Shown here: in pieces, positions 41,535 through 59,514 of the stretch
How the letters are laid out: every line of letters starts with the position of its first letter
Numbering within the stretch: position 1 is the first letter of the stretch
From: the human T2T-CHM13v2.0 reference genome, Homo sapiens
DNA: 64,000 nucleotides
Direction: 5' to 3' (one strand)
Assembly (NCBI RefSeq): GCF_009914755.1
Contig: NC_060935.1
Notes under the pieces: model-generated
Database searches by the model: none
What the model was told of the DNA's origin: nothing
The model's input: only the letters and a program-made list of their open reading frames with translations
Program-made: the position numbers and the translations under genes

Positions 41535-43267
41535 TGATGAGAACAGTGGCCCATCTGGTGCCACCACTGTGAGGATGCCAGCTGCAGCAAGGGAGGTTGC
41601 GGCCAAGGCTACGGCTCTGCAAAGTCAGTGGGGGCTGGGAACAGGTGATCCCAGCAGGAGCCCTGTGCCCTACTAAGTTGGCGGGGCAGGAGCCCGTGCT
41701 CCCAGGTGCAGCTACAGCTGCCCAGCCACAGCTCTAAACCCAGGTATCCCTGCACTCTGCATTCTCTGTGTGGTGGCGGGCAGGTAGGGGAAGCCCCCTT
41801 GAAGCTGAAGCTTAAAGTACCTGTTTCCACTCCCTGACCTCTCCCTGCTCTCCATGTCTGCTCCACTGTGGAGCAAAGTTGTGGACATGTCCTGATAGCC
41901 AAGCCTGGGCAATGTCGCAACCAGGACAAGTATGCGCACACTCGGGGCAGCGCTGACATGCCAGACCCTGGCTGCCTTGGCCCCCTCTGGAAGCTGCTTC
42001 TGAAGGTGAAACTTAGGGCACCAATGAGCACAGGAGGGAGGCCAGAGGGCTGAGGGTGGCTCAGCGCGGGCCCACAGGTGCCCCTTGGGATGGACAGCCT
42101 GGGCACTACAGACAGCATGTTGATGGTGACAGGAGGTGCTCCTGGCAGGAAGGGATGTCCCCAGTGAAAACCCACCTTCAAGCCAGGGATAGCCTGAAGC
42201 CTGGGGACCAGGGCTGTCAGTTTTGGATGAAGTGGTGGCAGAGGAGTGAGAACTTCCTTGATCCCTTTGGCCAATCAAGTGGTATTTTCTGGGCCCACCC
42301 ATGGGCCAATAAACACACACTTCCTCCACTCTGAGGCAATAAAAACCCTGGACTCAGCCAGACTCAGACACTCATCTGCACTACCTGCCTGCAGAAAGGA
42401 GCTGCCCACTTCAGGTCTCCTCTCCACTGAGAGCTGTTTGGTCACCCAGTGAAGCTCTTCTCTGCCTTGCTAACCCTCCAGTTGTCAGTGTAACCTCATT
42501 CTTCCTGGACATGGGACAAGAACTCAGAACCCACCAGATGGCAGGAGCAAAAGAAGCTGTAACACTTTCCTGGTGGGCTTGCCAAGCTGCAGGTGGGAGC
42601 TAAAGGGGCTGTAACGCTATAGCTCTCCCAGCCTCTGCCAGTGCTGGGTGGCCGCACCATTCAACGGGAAACAGCAGTGGGGCTAGGCCAGCCCAGGAGC
42701 CGCGGGCTGAAGCAGGGCAGCAGGACTGAAATAGCTGTAACACAAACAGGCTAAAATACACCACACTGCTTGCCACACTGCAGGTGACTAGAGGAAGAGA
42801 AGAGCTGGAGCCCTTCTGCAAGCCCAGACCTCAGGGCTCCCCAAGTGAGAGCTGTGAGTAGTGGTAACACCCTCTTTTGGGCTCTGTGGTTCCTAGCATC
42901 TCCAAGCTTCTGGGCACCACCACATTCCCCTCATCCAGACACTGGTGCCTGCAGTGGAAGCCACTTGCAGTACGTCTGCTCCAGTCACAGCCTCACACAG
43001 AGCTGGCTGCCCTGCCGCAGCAGCCAGCATGCTTGGCTGTGTGCAGCAGCCGGACCCCACGCTCACTCGCTCACACACCCCTCGTCACTGTGTGCCTGGC
43101 TTGCTCTTGGCAGGCATGGGATCTGGGCCAGTATCGCAAGCCGAGTGCAGCCCGCCAGGTCAAGTGAATGGAACAAGTCCAGCGGGTGCGAGCAAAACTC
43201 AAGCAGAGGCACTGCCAGCCACAGAGCTTTCTGGCTTGTGAAGTGACACCCAAACGATCCTGTGACA
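41535..43267 (+). mobile_element. MER52-type (MER52A-like) long ERV1 solo LTR, 1733 bp
   Basis: Sharp GC-rich block with TG...CA ends (tgatgagaacagtggccc...gatcctgtgaca); 4-bp TSD ttat/ctat with one mismatch. Confidence 0.85.
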
Positions 43268-45487
43268 CTATTATGATAGTTGGAAGTTTAACTTTCTCAT
43301 ACAGCTATTATCCCACAGCTCCTCCTCTATTCTTCCAACAGAGTTATATCAAAATTGGCTTAAATTGATAGTCAGCATTTACACTGTTATGACTATGTAA
43401 TTATTATGCAATATTGAGCCACATGGTATGCCATGATTACATTTTTATTCTCATACAACTTTGTTTTTCTGCAGTTAGTAATCAAAAATATTTTAATTCC
43501 CATAGCTAATTTTAAAAAATAATACTGTCTGTACCCAGATCTATATCAGCTGAAAAAAAAAAAAAAAGAATGAAAAAGGCAAAGTGAGAACATCACAAGA
43601 ATGACTTAGGAAGTCTCAAACCATTTAGGAAACCAGGCAGATTTAGAAAAACTGTAGATGTTTGACTAAATCTTTCAGGGGCTATCCCCAAAGTTCTTCC
43701 TGTGAAAATAAAGGTGACTCTAACCACACCTGCAAGGAAGGAAGGAAAGAATGAGTCCACTGGAGACTTCAGGGATAGGTTCCTTGAGGAGTAGATTCTG
43801 AAGCTGTTGACTTCCAGCTCTTTCCTCAATTTTTGTGAATAGCCTTAAATACAGAACCAGGGAATTTAATATGTAACAAATTTGTAATGGGAAATAGCTC
43901 TACTACTAGATCTCCAAATCTACATCTTCAAAAAAAAGGCTTAGAACACAAATAAAATAAACTAATGGCTTCACAAATAAAATAACTAAATGTTCCCACT
44001 GCGGTCATCAAGCACTAGAGGAGAGTGCCTCTTGGTAAAGACACGTATAAGTACTTATACGCAGAAAGTACATTAGAAAAATAATTGTCATGGTCTAGCT
44101 AAGAAAATAAAGGAAAATAATCAGTGGGCAAATCAATGACACTGCTATGGGGAGAAATCGTGTATTCAACTTCTCATTTTATTCTCAAACTTGCAAAGAG
44201 AAATTTCTCTAAATATTAAAAGTAACCTCTCTCTTGAAGCCAATGAGCTACACAGATAGGGGTATCTCAAATAATCCACAGATATTCTCCCTGTTTCAGC
44301 CTGTTAACTGCCAACCTCGGTTCCCCAAATGAGAAATATTATTTTCCTTTACAACATCATGCCCATCAAATTAAAAGATAGGGATCTATTATGTAAACAG
44401 AATTGCAAAATTAAGTTCTCTCCTGTTTTTTATTTTCCTTTTCTTTTCCCTCAGATCCCTGATGACTTTCCTGTTCATAATCAGATCGTAGCTAATTTAG
44501 ATGTTGACTTACTGGTAACTTTATGTATGATCAAACCAAATTGAAGATCTCCATGAAGTAGCACTTTGTGGGAAAAAAGTTTTACTGATATTGGCAGTAA
44601 GGTTCAGATCCACCCATCTAAACCTCTACCTAAGTTTACAAAATACCTCTAAAACCAGATGCTAAAGAAGAACTAAAGCCAATAGTCCAAAGGCCTAATA
44701 GAGAAAAGATGAGTCATACCTTATGAAGTATGACTGGTATAAAAATAGTCACAGTAAAAATGAGTCAGTCTTTAAACACTGTTGTTTCCCAGTCAAAAAA
44801 CCCAGTGAATGAGGATAAAGATTTGTTCAAGACCTTAAGACCATAAATAAAATAAACATTTTACCCACTTCTTTGTATTACTGAGCCCAAGTACTATGTT
44901 ATCTTCAGTGCTACTCGAAGTTACTTTTTTTTTTTTTTTAACCACTATAGATACGTGTTGTGCTTTCTATACTGTCCCTTTAGATCAAGATAGTCAACAC
45001 CTATTTGTTTTTTCCTGGGAAAGTCAAAAATTTACCTGGATAGTGATGCGTCAGGGATTTACTGAGGAACCTCAAGGATATTAAATTTCCTTGTAACACT
45101 ACACTTGCATAATATGGGGACAAGTTTTTTCGACGTTCTAAAGATGTGGAGAGTTGTAAGACTGATTCCATTTATCAACTTACTCTTTTAGCAAGGTCAT
45201 GAAAATTCCAAAAAAAGTTTAGAAGTTTGTCAGAACAAAGCACATTATTTACGGTATGATTAATCTCAAGGGGGTAAATGTATCACTCCTGATGAATTAT
45301 AAACGATTCAATACTTTCCAAGGCTGGTTACTAAGAGACAATTAAGAATTTTTCTGGGTTTCACTGGCTGCTTCAGACAACAGGTTCCAAACATTTCTGA
45401 AATCACCCCCACCTCTATATAACTTACGTGCTCAATAATGGAACATCTCCCTCAGGAACTTAAATTTTGTGGCTTAAAAATAACTTT

Positions 45488-48400
45488 GGGTTCTTGTCAT
45501 GAAGTCATTGCCTAAGCCAATGTCTAGAAGGGTTTTTCCAGAATTTTTATGGTTATTCTAGAATTTGTATGGCTTCAGGTCTTAGATTTAAGCCTTTGAT
45601 CCATCTTGATTTGATTTTTGTTAAGGTGAGAGATGAGGTTCTAGCTTCATTCTTTTACATGTGGCTTGCCAATTATCCCAGCACCACTTGTTGAAAAGGA
45701 TGTCCTTTCTTCACTTTATGTTTTCATTTGCTTTGTCAGAGATCAGTTGGCTGTAAGTATTTGGGTTTATTTCTGGGTTCTCTATTCTGTTCCATTGATC
45801 TATGTGCCTATTTTTATACCAGTATCATGCTGTTTTGGTGACTATGGCCTTGTAGAATAGTTTGAAGTCAGGTAATGTGATGTCTCCAGATTTGTTCTTT
45901 TTGCTTAGTCTTGCTTTGGCTATGCAGGCTCTTTTTTGGTTCCATATGAGTTTTAAAATTAGTTTTTCTAGTTCTGTGAAGAATAATGCTGGTATTTTTA
46001 TGGAAATTGCATTGAATTTGTGGATGCTTTTGGCAATATGGTCATTTTCACAATATTGATTCTAGTTATCCATGAGCATGGGATGTGTTTCCATTTGTTT
46101 ATGTCATCTGTGATTTCTTTCAGTGGTGTTTTGTAGTTTTCCTTGTAGAGGTCTTCCATCTCCTTGGTTAGGTATATTCCTATGTTTTTTTGGTTGTTGT
46201 TTGTTTTGCAGCTATTGTAAAAGGGGTTGAGTTTTTAATTTGATTCTCAGCTTGATTGCTATTGGTGTAAAGCAGAGCTACTGATTTGTGTACATTAATT
46301 TTGTATCCTGAAACCTTGTTGAATTGATTTGCCAGTTCTAGGAGCTTTTTGGATGAGTCTTTAGGGTTTTCTAGATATATGATCATACTATCCACAAACA
46401 GCGACAGTTTGACTTTCTCTTTACCAATTTGTATGCCCTTTCTTTCTTTGTCTGATTGCTCTGGCTAGGACTTCTAGTACTATGTTGAATAGAAGTGGTG
46501 AAAGTGGGCATCCTTGTCTTGTTCCAGTTCTCAGAGGGAATGTTTTCAACTTCTCCCCGTATAATGTTGGCTGTGGGTTTGTCATAGATGGCTTTTATTA
46601 CCTTAAGGTATGTCCCTTCTATGATGATTTTGCTGAGGGTTTTAATCATAAAGGGATGCTGGATTTTGCCAAATACTTTTTCTGTGTCTACTGAGATGAT
46701 CACGTGATTTTTCTTTTAAATTCTGTTTACATGATATATGACATTTATTGACTTACGTCTGTTAAACCATCTCTGCATTCCTTGTATGAAACCTACTTGA
46801 TCATGGTGGATTATCTTTTTGATATGCTGTTGGATTTGTTTTTTTTGTTTGTTTTTGAGATGGAATCTTACTCTGTTGCCCAGGCTAGAGTGCAGTAATG
46901 TGATCTTGGCTCACTGCAACCTCCACCTCCCAGGTTCAAGCAATTCCTGTCTCAGCCTCCTGAGTAGCTGGGGCTGCAGGCGCCTGCCACCAAGCCTGGC
47001 TAATTGTTGTATTTTCAGTAGAGATGGGGTGTTGCCATGTTGTCCAGGCTTGTCTTGATCTCCTGACCTCAGGTGATCCACCACCTTAGCCTCTCAAGGT
47101 GCTGGGATTACAGGTGTGAGCCACCATGCACAGCCTGCTGTTGGATTTGGATCGCTAGTATTTTGTTGAGGATTTCTGCATCTGTGTTCATCAGGGATAT
47201 TGGTCTGTAGGTTGTTGTTATTATGTCCTTGCCTGGTTTTGGTATTAGGATGATACTGGCTTCACAGAATGATTAAGGGAGGATTCCCTCTTTCTCTTTT
47301 GAAATAGTGTCAGCAGGATTGGTACCAATACTTTGAATGTCTGACAGAATTCAGCTGTGAATCCGTCTGGTCCTAGACATTTTTTGTTGATAATTTTTTT
47401 ATTACCACTTCAACCTCACTGCTTGTTATTGGTCTGTTCAGAGTTTCTATATCTTCCTGGTTTAATCTAGCAGGTTTGTATATTTCCAGGAATTTATCCG
47501 TCTCCTCTAAGTTTTCTAGTTTATGCACATAAAGGTGTTCATAGCAGCCTTGAATAATCTTTTGTATTTCTGTGGTATCAGTTGTAGCATCCCCTGTTTC
47601 ATTTCTAGTTGAGCTTATTTGGATCGTCTCTCTTTTCTTGGTTAATCTCACTAATCAATTTTATTTATCTTTCCAAAGAATCAGTTTTTTGTTTATCTTT
47701 TGTATTGTTTTTCTTGTTTCAATTTCACTTAGTTCTGTTCTGATCTTTGTTATTTCTTTTCCTCTGCTGGGTTTGGATTGTTCTTGTTTCTCCAGTTCTG
47801 TGAGGTGTGACCTTAGATTGTCTGTATGTGCTCTTTCAGACTTTTTGATACAGGCATTTAATGCTATGAAATTTCCTCTTAGCACCACTTTTGCTGTATC
47901 CCAGAGGTTCTGATAGGTTGTGTCACTAACTTCATTCAGTTCAAAGAATTTTTAAATTTCCATCTTGATTTCATTGTTGACCCAATGATCATTCAGGAGC
48001 CGGCTATTTAATTTCCATGTACTTGTATGGTTTTGAGGGTTCCTTTTGGAGTTGATTTCCAATTTTATTCCACTGTGGTCTGAGAGAGTACTTAATATAA
48101 TTTTGATTTTCTTAAACTTACTGAGACTTGTTTTGTGGCCTATCATATGGTCTTTCCTGGAGAATGTTCCATGTACTGATTAACAGAATGCATATTCTGC
48201 AGTTGTTGGGTAGAATGTTCTGTAAATATACGATAAGTCCATTTGTTCTAGGGTACAGTTTAAGTCCATTGTTTCTTTGTTGACCTTCTGTCTGGATGAT
48301 CTGTCTAGCACTGTCAGTGGAGTATTAAAGTCCCCCACTATTATTGTGTTGCCATCTATCTCATGACCAAGAACCCAAAGCAAATGCAACAAAAATGAAG

Positions 48401-49320
48401 ATGAATAGATGGGACTTAATTAAACTAAAAAGATTCTGCACAGCAAAAGAAATAATCAGCAGAGTTAACAGACAACCCACAGAGTGGGAGAAAATCTTCA
48501 CAATCTATACATCTGACAAAGAACAATATCCAGAGTCTTAAAAAAAAGATATACAAATGGCCAACAAGCATATGGGAAAATGCTCAACATCAGTAATGAT
48601 CAGGGAAATGCAAATCAAAACCACAATGTGATACCACCTTACTCCTGCAAGAATGGCCATAATCAAAAAATCAAAAAATAATAGATGTTGGTGTGGAGGT
48701 GGTAAAAGGGAACACTTTTACACTGCTTGTAGGAATGTAAACTAGTACAACCACAATGGAAAATAGTGTGGAGATTCCTTAAAAAACTAAAAGTAGATCT
48801 ACCATTTGATCCAGCAACCCCACTACTAGGTTTCAACCCAGAGGAAAAGAAGTCATTATACCAAAAAAATACTTGTACATCCATGTTTATAGCAGCACAA
48901 TTTGCAACTGCAAAAATATGGAACCAGTCCAAATGCCCATCAATCAACAAGTAGATAAAGAAAATATGGTATACACATACCACAGAATACTACTTAGCCA
49001 TAAAAAGGAATGCAATAATGGCATTCACAGCAACCTGGATGAAATTGGAGACTTTATGCCAAATATCATATGTTCTCACTCACAAGAGGGAGCTAAGCTA
49101 TGAGCACACAAAGGCCTAAGAATAATACATTGGACTTTGGGGAATCAGGCAAAAGGCTGGGAGAGGGGTGAGGGATAAAAGAATACACACTGGGTACAGT
49201 GTAGACTGTTCGGGTGATGGGTGCACCAAAATCTTGGAAATGACCACTAAAGAACTTATTCATGTAACTAAACACTACCTGCTCCCTAAAAACCTATTGA
49301 AAAAAACAAAAACAAAAACT
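45488..49320 (+). mobile_element. L1PB (PB1-like) with 5' inversion: 45488-48364 inverted, 48361-49320 sense
   Basis: ORF2 pieces on the minus strand then the plus strand; L1PB 3'UTR and A tail; TSD aaaaa(ta)acttt. Confidence 0.92.
46839..47135 (-). mobile_element. AluSx-like nested in L1PB
   Basis: TSD tgctgttggatttg is L1 sequence. Confidence 0.92.
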
Positions 49321-49699
49321 TTAACAGCGCCCCTTTCTGGGTCTTCCGATTGTCATAAAGCTTTCTACCTATTTGTACCTCAGCAGTGTAGACAAGCCCT
49401 TAATGCTCTAACAGAACACCATGGGAGTCATCAGGGTCTAATTGTTTATTACAGTCTTCCCTTAGACCTAGTGGCAAAAGCCAGCTCCTTATCAAGGGCA
49501 GTATTAGCAGCTGTCAAACTAGTAGAGGCTTCTACTAATGTGGTTTAAGGATTTATTTAGACTTCATGATACCTCATGCTGCGCAATCCTTGTTATTTAC
49601 TAAAAACACATTTCTCAGCAAGCAGGTTCACCTCCTATGAACTTTTATTACTTTCTCCCCCACACATTTCCACCCAGTGCTATAATACCTGAAAGTCTA

Positions 49700-50125
49700 C
49701 TAACAGGAAGACAAATACCACATGATCTCACTTATATATGGGACCTAAAAAAGTCAAACTTATACAAGTTGAGAGTAGAATAGTGGTTACAAGAAGCTAG
49801 GGAGGTGGAGGCCTGGGGTGGAGGGAAGGGAGATGTTGATCAAGGGTACAAAGTTCCAGTTAGATGGAAAGAATAAGTTTGAGATCTACTGCACAGCATG
49901 TAGTAAGCATAGTTAATAATAATGTATATTTCAAAATTGGTAAAAGTAGATTTTAAATATTCTCACTATAAAAAAATAAGCATTGAAGTGATGGATATGT
50001 TAATTAGTTTGATATAACCATTCCACAACATATACATACACAGGTGTATCAAAACATCACATTGTAGCCCATATATACAATATTTATTTTTCAATTAAAA
50101 TAAAGATCTAAATAAAAAATAAAGA
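49700..50125 (+). mobile_element. L1MA-type 3' end nested in the ERV
   Basis: gacaaataccacatgatctcacttatat...gggtacaaagttccagttagatgg...A-rich tail. Confidence 0.82.
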
Positions 50126-52294
50126 GGCATGAAAACTGAAAAAGAAAAACTCATTGCTTATTTCTCTTTAATTTTTAATTTGCACAAACTATACAATAAT
50201 ACTATTTGACAATTGCCCCCTAAAATTGCCAATAAGTCTGTCATATAATCTTACCTAAGCTTACATATATGTACATGTATATACTAATTTACTTTTTATG
50301 TTATTCATTATAAATATGTATATATACACTGTTCATTTTATATATAGCATATATAAATGCTTGAATAGAAACAGGTTAAAATGCTTTTATATCTTAATGA
50401 AAAAATATACTAATGTAGTAAAGAGATGGGGATTGAACAGAGCACCTACCAAACTTTCTTTCAAGAAATATTTTGATAATCAATAACTTCCTATATAAAG
50501 TATATCTCTTTGATCTCTATTTCTAATAAGTGTTACTCATAGACAAGTTTAACAAAAAGCCTGGTATTGTTTTTCCATTACCCAAAGAAAGGAAAATCCA
50601 TGACGACTCAGTCTCTGTCTAAGCAATAACTGTGCTTCAGACAGATTTATTAGAAACTCCCCCCAGATTAAATTTACATGTAATCTTGTTTGTTGATAGG
50701 TCATTTTTTGAAAGTGAAATGGAAAAAATATCAGGCAGGATATATTGCAACAGTCTCAACTGACCCCTAAATCATGACTCCTTACCAGAGGTTAAACCAG
50801 CCCAGATGACAGAACTTATTCTATTCAGCAAAGCTTGCCAGTTGCCAAGACATTAGAGAGTTAACATTAATAGCAGCTATGCCTTTGGTGTAGTCCATGA
50901 TTTTGGAATACTGTAAAAATAATTATGGTTTCCGATCTCAGTAGGAATCCCAATTTCAAGTAGTCAACCATTTTAAGTGTTCTAATGCTTCCTTAGGGGA
51001 TGGTTATCATAAAGCCACACTGAAAGGGATAACGTTAAGGCTAGAGGAAATACCCTAGCTAATCTTTATGACATACAGTCCCGGCCCCCATGATATCCAA
51101 AAAGCCAAATCTTTGAAGAAGTTTAAAAAGGCTATTTTGGAATGCCTACAACTGGCTCCAGAGTCTGAAGAAAAAATGTGATAATAAATTACAAAAAGAA
51201 AATCTCTTTCAGGACACTTTCAGGACAGACACTTGGTGGCACCAGAGGACCTCAATGGAACTTTGTAAAAATTTTATAGGAAATTACCCCTCAGAGCAAG
51301 GACAAACTGAACATTATATTCAATCAGCATTGGTGGTGAAATTTTACTAAAATTGCTGAGGATGTCTCTGGTGTACAGCTGTCATTAGCACTGTCTTGGT
51401 AAAACTGTTATCCTTGTAAATCCAAGCCTTAGGGTCCCTATAAACACTTTCAAATGGATTTCCTAAAATTAACCCCTAGAACAGGTTCTGAGTATGTTCA
51501 TCATTGCTTCCATCTTTTCAGGATGAACTAAAACTTCTTGCCAGAGAGCTACAGTTCTGTGAGTAGAAAAACAAATTACTTGATTTTGTGTTTCCAACCT
51601 GAGGATCTATCTCCAGGGACAGGGTTACTCATTTTACTGGGACTGTCATTACAGAACTTTGCAAAACCTTGTCATTTATTTAGAAATTCATTGCCCCCAT
51701 CATCCTCAAACTTGAAGAAAAGTAGAGAGGACTAATGGCACACTGTATCTGACACTCTTAAACTTCCATGACCAAGAAGGTTACCTCTAACTCATAACAC
51801 CATGAAGTCCATACTCCCCTATATTCATTGGCTTTTACCATATAAACTTGTTAAGAGTTTGCCCTATGAAGTTGGCTACTTCTCCCCTGATTTTGGACAT
51901 TTCTTTACTTCAGACAAATGTGGCAAAACACTCCAAGGGACTAATGTAATCTGTTTCAGAGTCTTATCACAAACAGATAACAGTTGCTTTTCTTCTATAT
52001 GACCAAAAGCTCAGAGGTAATGTCTTCTAGAAATGACCTCAGAAAGAAAAAACAAATATCCTGAAACCATGTTGGAAATAATCCTACCAAGAACTGCCAG
52101 CACAGTAGCTAACCCCTGGGGAATAGATCCTTGAATTCATGTCTCCCAGATGAACAGACACTAGGTTTCACTAATACATGGAATGCCATTCCATCAAGAA
52201 ATTTAAATCTAAGGAGTCTTGAGAAAGCTTCAGAAGCAGACATATTCAGAAAGAAACAGCTACCATTCAAGAGGTATGGATCAAGACAGCCTCT

Positions 52295-52598
52295 ACCCAA
52301 GACCTACAGAGTCTGTTTTTATATGGCCTGTGAGCCAGGAATGGTTTTTATATTTTTAATGGGTTAAAAAGAAAAATAAAAAAATAACATTTCAAATCAC
52401 CTGAATATTGTATAAAATATAAATCTTAGTGTCCATAACATTTTATAGGAACATAGACACACTGATTCATGTAAGTACTGTCCATGGCTGCTTTTACACT
52501 ATAACAAAGTTGAATGGTTGTGACAGAGACCATACTGTCCACAAAGTCTGAAATATTTACTACGTGGCTCTTTACAAAAAAAGCTTGCTAACACCCTA
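52295..52598. mobile_element. MER58B-type hAT-Charlie MITE
   Basis: ctgtttttatatggcctgtgagccaggaatggttttta...gttgtgacagagaccat...aaagcttgctaacaccct. Confidence 0.8.
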
Positions 52599-53188
52599 CC
52601 TAGATAATCAGAGCTAAAGATTGCAATGCTTTTATTTGCAGGCTTTTGTTCTTTATTTTCTGAGGTACTTTCTTTCCCCTTTCTTAATCCAGCCCCTTAA
52701 GTGAGTAAAAACATATTATTTATTAACCATGATGGTTTCAAAGGTCCTTATCCTTAATATTGCTCCCTACATTCTTGGCCACTCTATGGTGTGAGTCCAA
52801 TTACTAATGGAAATTTTTGATTTGGGGATGGCCTCTGTTCTCTTGGTTTAATATAGGTATTCCTAGCTGCTGGCTTTAAAGTGATCTACAAGTTCTGATA
52901 ACAAACTTTTCTTTAGTGTTTTTCCACGTTGGTGTGTTCAGAAGTGTAACTTCTGGAATCTTAAGTACTGTTGCATAGCCACTGTCCTATAAAGTGATCC
53001 AACAAATTATGATCCAACAAAAGGAAAAACTGATACACACGCACACACACACACACACACACACCACCAGAAACCACCTACATGCCATCATGACTCTTCA
53101 TCAAGCAGCATAAATCTTGATTGATCACATCCTAAATAATAATAGTTTATTTTATTTTCCAGCTCAGGTTGAAGAAGCAAAAGGGGAC

Positions 53189-53699
53189 TGAGAACTAAAA
53201 CCACCTGCATCAATATAACAGAGATATTCAGAGTAAGAACTGAGAATACCTGTGTCAACACAACTTAGTTTTTTGTTCCAGGAAACCTTTGCCCAGTAAA
53301 TATAAGACTATAAAAACCAATAAATTATATCACTGTTTGTTTCAGGCAACTGCTGCAAAACAACTTATCTGAGACAATAGTTTATTTGGGTAAACATCTG
53401 GTTTATCAAACAACTATTTATTCTCAAGAGTAGCTTCAAGAGCTTCAATGTTGCCACATTCACAATCCTAAAATACTGCATTACAAAATTTGCCCAATCC
53501 CCATCAATATCCTCCCTTAAAAGATCTGCCTAAATCTGCTTGCACCTAGACCCTATAACCCTCTACATAGTCCAATACTGATTTGCACCTTTTGAAATAC
53601 TAAGACTCTGTAAAAGTAGTGTTTTCACTTACTGCAATGAGTTTCAATAAACATACCTGCTTTATTAACAAGTTGTTTGGTGATATTTGAGGGAATGCA
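53189..53699 (+). mobile_element. 3' LTR of the ancient ERV1 (MER34/MER89/MER90/MER110-like)
   Basis: Polypurine tract gaagaagcaaaagggga immediately before TG; AATAAA at 53646; ends ...tggtgatatttgagggaatgca. Confidence 0.65.
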
Positions 53700-54105
53700 A
53701 CCAGGCAGTTCTAATTTACACTGCTAACAACATATGAAAGTTCTTGTTTTTCTAAAAGTTGGTAAAGGTAGGAATCTGGCTTTTTCTTCAGATGGAATCC
53801 AGCTCTAATACCATTTCTTGAATAATCCATTATTCCCCACTGATTTAAAGGCCACCGTTAACATTCACTAAATTATCTTATGTATTTGGATCTATTTCTA
53901 GATTCTGTTGTGTTCTACTAAATAACTATGTATACTGCACCAAGCTATTTTAATTATGACAGCTTTATATTATGTTTAAGAATCAAGTATGACTATTTCA
54001 TTCCCTTCTTTTTAAATTTCCCAGCCACTCTTGTATGTTTATTTCCACATAAACCTTAGAATAAGCTTAAGTACCAAAAATATGTTCTTGACATTTTAAA
54101 TTGGA

Positions 54106-54421
<316 letters not shown>

Positions 54422-55243
54422 TAAACTTACCTTAGGGACTGTGATAACTTTATGCTGTTAGCTCTATGCAAAAACAAGATATAACTTTACATTTTAAAAT
54501 CTGCTTGAAATTAGTTGTACTTAGTATTTACCTATTCTTTCCCTCCATATTCTTTCCCTCCACAGATAGGTCTGTTTCAGACTTGTCCTTCATATAATTC
54601 AACCCTGATTTTACTCCCACAATCTGCACAACCTTTGGATCTGTCTAGCCTTGAAATTCCAATTATTTCTAGTTTGGTCTATCCACTATCACCTGACTTC
54701 TGATTCTGATGTTACCCCCAATTCCTGTTTCAATATTACCAAACAATGAGAACAGAAATCAGCATAATTACACTTTCAGGTTTTAGTTGTTAAGATTACT
54801 CTGATGGAACAGCATGAGAAGCACTATCATAAATGCTTCAATACAGATAAAGCTATGGAGAAAATAAGAGCTGCTACTATTTTTTAATATTTGGTTACAT
54901 TATGTAATAACACCCTGGAAAAATAAGGGACGAGTTATGAGGTTTCATTGTTTTCAAAATATTCTCACTCCCCTATAACACACAATGTGTTTCTCAGATG
55001 TAAAATAGTTTTCAGAGTTATTCACAGTGCCGTATCAAAAAGCCTGAACAAAATTCTTATTCTCAGTTTTCTGGAAGCCTAAATGTTACCAACAGTTTTA
55101 GTTGGGATTTTCTTGAGATTTTAAAATAATCCACTAACACCTGAATATGTTAGAAAATTTAAAAATTAACTTGGCAATAAGGATTAGAATACATTTTAAA
55201 ATAGATGCTATAAATACTAATCTGAGAGAAAAAAAATACTCAC

Positions 55244-55690
<447 letters not shown>

Positions 55691-55749
55691 CTAAGTCAAA
55701 AAGAAAAAGAAAAGTGCTATAAAAATAAAGACTTTAAAACTTCCAGTTT

Positions 55750-59070
<3,321 letters not shown>

Positions 59071-59111
59071 CCAAAGAGTAGATATTAACATATAAAATAT
59101 GTGCTTTTTAA

Positions 59112-59431
<320 letters not shown>

Positions 59432-59514
59432 TATGACTCACTTTTATGTCCTTTGCTTTATTATACATACATACACATATATACACTTATGCTATGTTAC
59501 TCAAAGATAGACTT

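Larger units (their letters stand above)
43600..53188 (+). mobile_element. Decayed ERV1-class proviral internal region (pol: RT, tether, RNase H, integrase), split by later insertions
   Basis: RT TTIDTCCAFYTVPLDQDSQHLFVFSWESQKFTWIVMRQGFTEEP at 44941-45072; RFVQDL-like at ~44820; tether at ~49325; RNase H LFVD and YAFGVVHDFG at ~50685-50910; integrase HFQMDF at ~51445 and RDRxTHFTG-like at ~51615. Left edge uncertain. Confidence 0.8.

Noticed and set aside
41609-43268. Cluster of long overlapping ORFs (221, 205 and 133 aa)
   Set aside because: All lie within the GC-rich MER52 LTR, where stop codons are rare. I recognise no domain, and they occur on both strands.
44044-44061. Perfect 18-bp palindrome cgtataagtacttatacg
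   Set aside because: One 9-bp-arm palindrome in 64 kb is near chance expectation (64000/4^9 is about 0.24, higher in AT-rich DNA).
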